The notes under the pieces: generated by a model
Database searches by the model: none
What the model was told of the DNA's origin: nothing
The model's input: only the letters and a program-made list of their open reading frames with translations
Program-made: the position numbers and the translations under genes
In this document: positions 55,540-64,000 of the stretch, in pieces
Layout: each line of letters begins with the position of its first letter
How positions within the stretch are numbered: position 1 is the first letter of the stretch
From: Eledone cirrhosa
Lineage: Eukaryota
DNA length: 64,000 nucleotides
Assembly (NCBI GenBank): GCA_964016885.1
Contig: OZ024750.1
Location: forward strand, 33,480,001 to 33,544,000
Direction: 5' to 3'

Positions 55540-56195
55540 AGAAGTCCCTCAAATTTATATACATGTGAATGGAATTCTACTAAAGCAGTTAGAGAAAGTA
55601 TCTTGGAGTCGTGTTCATGAGTGATGGAATGCAGGAGGCTGAATTAAGTGCAAGAATTTCAAAAGCTGATGCAGTAATGCGCCAGCCTCAGCATTCAGTA
55701 ATCAGAAGAAGAGAGGTAGGTGTAAAAGCCAAACTCGCTATCTTAAATGGTATTCCTGCCAACTCTTACCGAGGATCATGAATCTTGAGTAATGACTAAA
55801 AGTATACAATTGCAAATAAAAGCGGCAGAAATGGGATTCCTCCGAAGGGTCTTTGGAGTAACGTTACTCGATAAAATGCATAGCTCAGAGACCAGAGAGT
55901 CACTCCTGGTAGAGCCGCTACTTCTCTGAATTGATAGATCACAACTCCGATACTATGAGCATGTGGTTAGAATGTCTTAGTAAAGAATCGCTGGACATAT
56001 TTTACAGACAAAACCAACTGTCAAGAGACCCAGAGGTAGACCCTGAGCAAGATAGTCGGATAACATTCATGAGCTTGGCTGGTCACGCTTTGAGATCCAG
56101 CTGGATCAGTTAGAGATGTGTGTGCTACTGACAGACCCGCTGGAAGGAGTGTTTGAGAAGGACTCTGCCCCCACGACCCTCTAAAGAAATAAGTG
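55540..56195 (+). pseudogene. Decayed RTE-type LINE 3' part
   Basis: QAAEM.FLRR-like and QLRY..HVVRM remnants; same 3' end as 26925-27222. Confidence 0.7.
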
Positions 56196-56269
56196 CGTAT
56201 AATACCAATATGCACACTACATATGCTAGCAGAAAACCGCACGCGGTATATATATATATATATATATAT

Positions 56270-56429
56270 AACGAAGGAGGTGTGGTAAGGAACCAGATGG
56301 ACCATAACGCACCAGAGTACTCAATACTTAGAGTAGTAGAGTGGGTAATAGGAAAATATTTAAGCCCGACAGCAGAGCTCAAGTCCAGAAATAGCCGGCT
56401 TGAGCTCTGCCTTCGGGGTTAAACATTTT

Positions 56430-56433
<4 letters not shown>
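56270..56433. mobile_element. Family A asymmetric palindrome in (TA)n
   Basis: Long arm on minus from 56270; fold-back at ~56385; short arm ends ttttcc-(TA)n. Confidence 0.8.
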
Positions 56434-56477
<44 letters not shown>

Positions 56478-56484
<7 letters not shown>

Positions 56485-56670
56485 ACAGGGAGAAAGAGAC
56501 AATTATGAGGAAGGAAAATATTTTTTTTTCATTTTTTGTTTCTCTCTCTCTCTCTTTTCTGGGTTAGAAAATGAGAGAGAGAAACAAAAAAGGAAAAAAT
56601 AATATTTTTCTTCCTCATAATCGTCTCTTTCTCCCTGTTTTCATATATATATATATATCTTTCTCCCTGT

Positions 56671-56675
<5 letters not shown>
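56478..56675. mobile_element. Family H palindrome in (TA)n with duplicated terminus
   Basis: gaaaacagggagaaagagac.. / ..gtctctttctccctgttttca; single-arm copy at ~54015-54105. Confidence 0.75.
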
Positions 56676-56716
<41 letters not shown>

Positions 56717-56977
56717 GAGGATGTGTAAGTATGTACTATGTATGTCTATGTGTATGTATGTGTGTGTGTTCTTATTCTTAGATAATTTCGTATTCTTACC
56801 AAAATATCGTAAATACCTGGAATATATAATAACAACGACGACATTTTCGTTGTTGTTATTTTTCTATTAAATTAAAGTATTTTCATTGATTTTAAAATAT
56901 TAAAGTTTACATTGATAACACCCTCTAAGATAGTACAAAATAACGACACGACTTGACATTTGAAACTGAACGGATAT

Positions 56978-57034
<57 letters not shown>

Positions 57035-57042
57035 AATATATA

Positions 57043-57383
57043 TGATGTATTATCTTCGTTTTTTTCGTTCATTGCCAGAGAACGTCTCTATGAACCACCT
57101 AAGAGAACATTAGTCTACGACCTCCTTTATATCATAAACGTGGTTCTGTCTTTGCGCGTAATTGTTTTTCACCGCTCCTATTAATGACGTATTATTCGTT
57201 TTTTCCCGTTCTTTGCCAGCGAACGTTTCCACGAGCCAAAGTATCGTCTTCCTGTCTTCCTCCGGTTGCAACGTTTTTTGAAATATCCAGTTCTGCGTTT
57301 ACAGATTGACTTTGTTAGTTTTAGAAGATCCCGTTAAGGGTGAAAGCAGCGATTTTTTGCTTAAACTTTAATCTGTTATTTTA

Positions 57384-57390
<7 letters not shown>
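57043..57390 (+). mobile_element. Family D element
   Basis: Homologous to 2268-2480; AGTTT-TAGAAGA-TCCCgttaaGGGT-GAAA-GCA..TGC-TT-AAACT at 57317-57367. Confidence 0.8.
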
Positions 57391-57480
<90 letters not shown>

Positions 57481-57581
57481 AGCAAAAGGGATATTCAATT
57501 TGTTGGTAATTCAATAAAAATAAATGTTTATAACTGATTCAGAGCACTCGACAGGTTTTTTCTGGAGTATAAAATTCAATT

Positions 57582-57907
57582 ATATTAAATAAATGGAAAC
57601 TATATTTATAAAACCATATTTATTCTATTATATATATTTCAAGGGTACCAAAACTTTGGTACGCTTTCATCAGATAAAATACAAAGTCTGTTTTATAAAT
57701 GTTGACATAACCAAGAAAAGATACCTTAACGGTTCAAGTTTTTCAGAAAAACTTGAACCGTTAAGATCTTCTTCCTGGATATGTCAATATTTATAAAACA
57801 AACTTTGTATTTTATCTGATGAAAGGGTACCAAAGTTTTGGTACCCTTGAAATATATATAATAGAATAAATATGGTTTTATAAATATAGTTTCCATTTAT
57901 TTAATAT
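57582..57907. mobile_element. Family C palindrome (centre 57745) with a hammerhead on each arm
   Basis: ~163-bp arms; hammerheads at 57621-57681 (-) and 57808-57868 (+). Confidence 0.9.
57808..57868 (+). ncRNA. Type I hammerhead ribozyme, intact
   Basis: UAUUUUAU-CUGAUGA-AAGGGUACCAA aguu UUGGUACCCUU-GAAA-UAUAUA-UA^-AUAGAAUA; cut after 57860. Confidence 0.9.
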
Positions 57908-57927
57908 CATTGTATATATATATATAT

Positions 57928-58128
57928 AACGAAGGAAATGTGGTAAGGAACCAGATGGACCATAACGCACCAAAGTACTCAATACTTAGGGTCGTAGAGT
58001 GGGTAATAGGAACAAGTATGACCCCCGACGGCAGATCTCAAGCCGTTTCGACGGCTAATTCTGGACTAAATTTAGTCCAGAATTAGCCGAAACGGCTTGA
58101 GATCTGCCGTCGGGGTCATACTTGTTCC

Positions 58129-58130
<2 letters not shown>
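57928..58130. mobile_element. Family A asymmetric palindrome in (TA)n, centre 58070/58071
   Basis: ggactaaa|tttagtcc centre; long arm on minus. Confidence 0.85.
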
Positions 58131-58182
<52 letters not shown>

Positions 58183-58301
58183 TATATAAGTTGAAAAAAA
58201 TGAAAACGAAATTTCATTTCTCACTCTTAGTATGGCACTTACTTAAATGTAAGTATGTATGTATACGTACATACATATATGTATACAGACGTACAGTAGC
58301 A

Positions 58302-58387
<86 letters not shown>

Positions 58388-58560
58388 CATATATACACAT
58401 ATGCATACAGGTACACATACATATATGCACGCATCAGTTTAGCCGACGTTTATTATAACGCAGCTTTGTTCGCTTGTTTGTCAACAAAGCGAACAGCCTG
58501 TTTTTATGCCATACGGTGTTAAGGCAACCACGTCACCTTTTTGTTCAACACTGACACAGG

Positions 58561-58605
58561 AACGATGTACTAGTTTCAAGCTTGTTAACTATCATCAGCA
58601 CCGTT
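58561..58605 (-). ncRNA. Type I hammerhead ribozyme, intact core
   Basis: Minus strand: AACGGUG-CUGAUGA-u-AGUU aaca AGCU-u-GAAA-CUAG-UA^-CAUCGUU. Confidence 0.85.
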
Positions 58606-59449
58606 TACCCATCTGCCAGATAGTTGAACGTTCGAAAGTATATACTTTCCTTATGAAAATTAACGGCTGAGCAGCCTAATTTGCATATTGAGTGAGTTAA
58701 ATCGGTCAGGCATACCGAAAACGACATTTGAGTCTGTTTATTTATGGAAACTGCTTCCAGTTTTAGTCAGAATATAATTCGTTGTCATAAAATGTTAAAG
58801 TAATATTATTTCTTCTTTATTTTTATTCGGTTAATTTCTCCTCCTTTCCTCTGTTAATATATCTGCTGTGTAACATCTGCTGTGTAACATCTGCTGTGTA
58901 ACAGTGAAACGTCTGAGGTTCTAAGGTTCATTTTTGTTTTTTCTTCTTAAATATTTGAACATATATATATTCCCAGAATTTTGTAAAATGGATGAAACCG
59001 AATGCAAGAGACAAAATTGTGATACATAAATAAACCATGTAAAATAGAAGAAAATTATATCAGACGACATTATATAGATATGCAACAAAAGAAAACATTG
59101 TGCGAAAAACAAAGGTGATATTTCAGAAATATGAAAAACTTACTTGAACAATTTGAAAGACAATTTTCTATAATATCTGAATAAACCAAATATCTGCTGT
59201 GGTTTATTACATAACACAAATGTAAAGAAATTGTTATATCAAAAATAGCTTTGTCGACAGAAAACGTTGCCGAAGCAAAGTTTAAAATGGCTTCTATTCT
59301 AGGCACAAGGACAGCAATTTCGAAGGAAGGAGAAAGACGATTAAATAGAACCCAATATTTAACTGGTAATTTGTTTCTTCAACCACGGTAACACGAAGAA
59401 TAAAGTTAACCTCGGTAGAAATTGAACTCAGAGAAATATTTAAAATAAT

Positions 59450-59610
59450 GAAAACAAGAAATTAAAACGTGAAATGAAAATGTGAAATGGAAATGTAAAA
59501 AGAAAATGTGAAATGAAAATAAGAAATGAAAATGTGAAATGAAAATAAGAAATGAGAATGTGAAATGAAAATATGAAATGAGAATGTGAAATAAGAATGT
59601 GAAATAAAAA
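59450..59610. repeat. (gaaatgaaaatgt)-type short tandem repeat
   Basis: ~13-bp degenerate units. Confidence 0.85.
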
Positions 59611-60156
59611 TCACACAAATATTTCAGCGTCGATAAGTCTACAAGTATAAAAGAGATAATTGAATGAAATCAAAATCTTAAAGGTAGAAAAATAATTTCT
59701 TTTACCTTTGTTCCGAATATATTAGTTTCTGCTACGAATTTATAACTTTTAATAATGTGCTCTATAAGTATAAATAAACCATTCTGGAAGTGAATGGTAG
59801 CGGTGTAGATAGCGGTTTCTAAAGGCGCCCTTTTGTATTAGAGAGAGAAAAGAATTGAAAAATACAAATTACTTAGAGATTCAATTTAAAAGCTGTAATA
59901 TACAATATTTAAAGATCCGAGGCAAATACTTGTATTTCTTCTATCGAACATAAATAAGATATAAAATAGTAAGTTGAAAATTAATGTTATGCAATGACAT
60001 ATATATTGCTAGTAATAGATATAGTAAAAGGTGAACACAGCAGACCTTTTGAAAGTGGTTAGCATAGCATTCTTGCTATTCTCTCTCGGTCTGATTATAT
60101 ATTGCTCTGGTATGATATATTTTTGGACGAAATGTATTTAATGTAGTTATATCTTA

Positions 60157-60220
60157 TTTAATTCTGATGAATTTTAATATTGAGCTCTTAATATTAAGGA
60201 TGAAACGTACGTAAATTAAA
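60157..60220 (+). ncRNA. Type I hammerhead ribozyme, intact core
   Basis: UUUAAUU-CUGAUGA-a-UUUUAAUAUU gagcucuu AAUAUUAAGG-au-GAAA-CGUACG-UA^-AAUUAAA. Confidence 0.85.
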
Positions 60221-60319
60221 ATATGATATAGTTGGCAGTTTGGTTTTATGAACTGTCTTTGTAAAGAATTTTCATTTTTTGGGAAGAAAAACAAAACAAA
60301 ATCTGATCGAGACATTTGT

Positions 60320-61110
60320 TCATAGCTTTGCCTTCCATCCTTATGGGGTCGATAAAATAAAGTACCAGTAATGCACTGGAGTAGATTTAATCGACTTTCT
60401 ACTTCCCCAAAATTGCTGGCACAAGGCCAGCAATTTTGGGGAAGTAGAAACCATTATGACGCCCCACTAACAGTGGGAGAATCGTTAGAGCATCAGACTA
60501 AATGATCTGCGTCAATTAGTTCCAGCTCTTTACGTTCTGAATTCAAATCCCACCGAGGTTAGCCCTGCCTTTCATCCTAACGGAGTCGATAAAATAAGGT
60601 AGCAGTAACGTACTGGGGTCAATCTAATCGACTAAATCCTTTACCCTAAATTGTTGGCTCTGTCCCTAAATCAGAAACCATTAAGCCTCATTAAGAGTGG
60701 CAGGGTCGTCAGAGCGCCAGACAAAACGATATGTGGCATTTAGTTCCAACTCTTTACGTTCTGAGTTTAAATCCCACCGAGGTCAACTTTGACTTTCGTC
60801 CATCTGGAGGGCGATAAAATGAAGTACCAGTAAATTACTGGGGTAAATATAATCAACGTTTCCTTCCCCAGAATTTGGCGGTCTGTATCTTTTTCCTAAA
60901 TCAGATATCATTATTAAACTTCGGATTGGCAGTATCGGCAGAGGGTCGGACGCCATGCTTTGACGCATAGAGTTACGGACCTTGCCAATCTGAGTTCAAC
61001 TCCCGCCGAGGTTAACTTTGCCTTTCATCCTTATGGGGTCGATAAAATAAAGAACCAGTAATACACTGGGTAATTGCTGGCCTTGTGCCAAAAGTAGAAA
61101 CAATTATTAT
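60320..61110 (+). mobile_element. Four consecutive same-orientation main-family SINEs
   Basis: Copies at ~60320-60455, 60470-60690, 60695-60910, 60920-61110. Confidence 0.8.
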
Positions 61111-61762
61111 ACTTCATTAGTGCAGGTAACACGACCAGTGCACATAATTTTCTCCCCGAGGAAAAAGAGGTAAAACAATTTTGGTATAAGTACAAAACAC
61201 GAACCAAGAAACATAACTAATTCTTTTTTTTTTTACATTACAGAAGAACCAGTTTAGCTATTTAAACACACACAAAACTTTTATTAACTCATTTGGCTAA
61301 TGTAACTCCTGCACGGTTTCAGATGACATCACCTGTCAAACAAGTACACCTTTATAATTATCATACGCATTTAGATTTGAATTCAATATCACATTTATGG
61401 TTAACATATCACATTTACTCATAACAACGACGACAGCAACAAGATTCTTGGCACACAGTCATGTTCAATGTTCTTAGCACTACCAATAACATTTGCACAC
61501 ATGTTTCTCGTTATTTAATAAATATTATTTAATCACCATTTCAATTTAATGACTATCACACTTGTTAAAGGTTTAATTTAATAAGACATACTTTAAAATT
61601 CCTAATATGATTTATACGGTGTGATGAAGGGTCTGAAGTTCATTTCCAAATCCGAACTACTTCTCACACTTGAAATATGTTTTTTATATAAAAGCTTGGT
61701 TGTTCAGATATGCCACTATTGTTTTCATGATCATCTAGATAAATATTATATATTATTATTAT

Positions 61763-61985
61763 AGGGCGGTGAACTGGCAATATCGGTAGAGAGTCGGACG
61801 CCATGCTTTGCAGCATCGAGTTACGGTCCTTTATGATCTGAGTTCAAATCCCGCCAAGGTTAATTTTGCCTTTCATTCTCACGGGGTCGATTAAATAAAG
61901 CACCAGTAACGTACCGGGGTCAATTTAATCGACTTTCCCCTCCCCCGAAATTACTGGCCTTGTGCCTATACTAGAAATCTATATT
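61763..61985 (+). mobile_element. Main-family SINE
   Basis: Matches the consensus. Confidence 0.85.
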
Positions 61986-62954
61986 AAAAAGAATTACTGG
62001 ATATTGAAATACAGAGCATAAAGTTAGATTCGCATGATATTGCTGGAGAGCTTAAAGACGAAATTGTTAGTGAATTTCTTTCGCAGGAGGTTACACAAGG
62101 AAGAGCCAGAGGAGGACAACAAGCCAAGACCTATATTAAGTAGATTTGTGATGACATAAACTACAATCCTTCTGATCTACTGAATATGATGATCAATAGA
62201 ATTGGATGGTGACAGAGAGTCAATGGTTTCCGTGCAGGTAGTGTGACCTAGCAGATTTAATCGACTTTCCCGTCCCCCAAAATTGCTGGCCTTGTGCCTA
62301 AAGTGGAAGCAATTATTATAACCTAACAATTATAAATTCTATTTGGTTTCCTATTATTTTCATTATAAGTACTTTTAAGAAAATGACATTTTTCTGCTAC
62401 AGCCAGCTCGTGGGCCCTCATTTGCTCCTAATAGAGCTGGGGAGAGCGGGAGAGACGTATGCAGTGACAGTGGGAGTTTGGTACCTTTGTGTTCGAACGG
62501 GTGTATATGTATATGTTTCACAAACAGACACTTATAACAGAGAACAGAGTAGACAACTGGGCTATTAATGAGTAAAATGTATGGGAAAGAATATAGAATG
62601 GCTTATTTGTCTTAGTTGCGGCATATTAGTTACTGGGAAGTTATCGTTTTAAAGATTACCATACTTTTCCTAGTGAATAAAATAAAATATAAAATATAAT
62701 ATATACGCATTGTTAAATTTTACAGACAAATAATTTAAGAATTTATGAAGCAAATGATGGTATGATTGTCACTCAGAATCTTGAAACAATAATTACTTTC
62801 AAATGAACATTTAGGCTCGTACTTCAGGTAATTAATCTCGCTTTTCACTGCATGTTATTTTCAATTAATTTAATAAATTTAAATTCTTGATTGTCTCCTC
62901 TTCTACATTATTTTACTTGAATCATCCGCTAAGGCAACGGTCCTTTTCTCATCA

Positions 62955-63250
62955 TTATGGCTATAAGTTGGATTAACTGGGAATTCATGGTTCAAATATA
63001 CTGATCATAATGTCGTGGGTTTGATTCTCGGACTAGGTTATGCGTTGTGTTCTTGAACAGGGCACTTCATTTCACGATATCCCAGTAGGCTCAGCTGAAA
63101 ATGAGTACAAGCAATGGCTGGGGTTTTAACCCTGCAATCGACAGGTGTCCTGTGCAGGAGGGAGTATTGTACTCTCAATCGCTTCACGCCACGGAAACCG
63201 AGATAAGCACCTGCTTGATGAGCTTGCAGGCTCGAGACAGACTTTAGCTT
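62955..63250 (+). mobile_element. CORE-like SINE, diverged
   Basis: gggtttgattctcg box B; gttgtgttcttgaacagggcacttcatttcacg. Confidence 0.65.
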
Positions 63251-63404
63251 TCCTATAAGATTTCATGCAGCAGGCGGCCATAGTATTTCGCACGTAATTC
63301 TTTCATCTTCAGAACACATTACAATGTTCATATCAGAAATTTCTACATCTTTTCCAGTCAGTCTAAGAAACCTGAAATACGGTGAATTTATACTCGTTTT
63401 ATAC

Positions 63405-63757
63405 TGGGGCCTGATAAGACTGAAACATGTTTAGGGGAATACAACTCGGACTGTTCATGTCCCATTATTGTTTTAGTTTCATTCCATATTACATGCAGTT
63501 TACTATTTGTTCTTCACCCCATCGTCGTTTCATCCATTATATGTCAGAAGTGCTGAAGGATTCTTTTGTCATAAATGAGTCCCAAACATTCTTTGCTTTT
63601 CTCAGGACTTTATAATTGAAGCAAAGACAAAAGAATCCTTCAGCATGTCTGATATATAATGGATCAAACGACGATGGGGTGGAGAATAAATGGTAAATTG
63701 TATGTCATGAAACTAAAACAACAACAATGGAACATACACAGCCCGAGTTGTATTCCT
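63405..63757. repeat. Diverged inverted repeat (~135-bp arms 63435-63570 and 63626-63757)
   Basis: ggaatacaactcgg.. / ..ccgagttgtattcc; gctgaaggattcttttgtc / gacaaaagaatccttcagc. Confidence 0.8.
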
Positions 63758-64000
63758 AGAGTTAGCACCATATTGTCAAAGATTAGAACTATGCTACACT
63801 CCATGTTATATTTAATTGATTCTGAGTAATTAAATTCTTGGTTCTTTCCCATGCTTTTCTTGATTAGAAGCAATCATTAAGTTTATGAATTTCTACAATC
63901 TCTATGTGAATAATTTGAAATAATTGAAATTTCTTGGCTCACAACATCAAGAATATTGGCTCACTATTTCAAGTATTTATGCCGTTTTCCTGTATGAATA

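Overview
AT-rich, microsatellite-saturated eukaryotic non-coding DNA. The SINE types and (TA)n/(GA)n load suggest an octopod cephalopod; this is an inference. I can support no host protein-coding exon: nearly all listed ORFs are microsatellite read-throughs, and the few real coding signals are decayed transposons (CR1/L2-type RT, RTE 3' ends, an R4/Dong-type RLE remnant, a mariner transposase). Also present are ~25 tRNA-derived SINEs, three non-autonomous Helitrons, MITEs, and a 5-kb 23-bp satellite. The main hidden structure is a dense population of short non-coding elements from roughly a dozen unrelated sequence families. Almost all carry a type I hammerhead ribozyme fold: about 13 copies have CUGANGA...GAAA cores and about 10 more keep the helices but have altered cores. 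Most end in (TA)n microsatellites, often form asymmetric fold-back palindromes hinged at or near the ribozyme, and stack with other families inside the same microsatellite tract. They look like non-autonomous Penelope-like-element/retrozyme derivatives. Folds were read by eye; no folding or database search was run.
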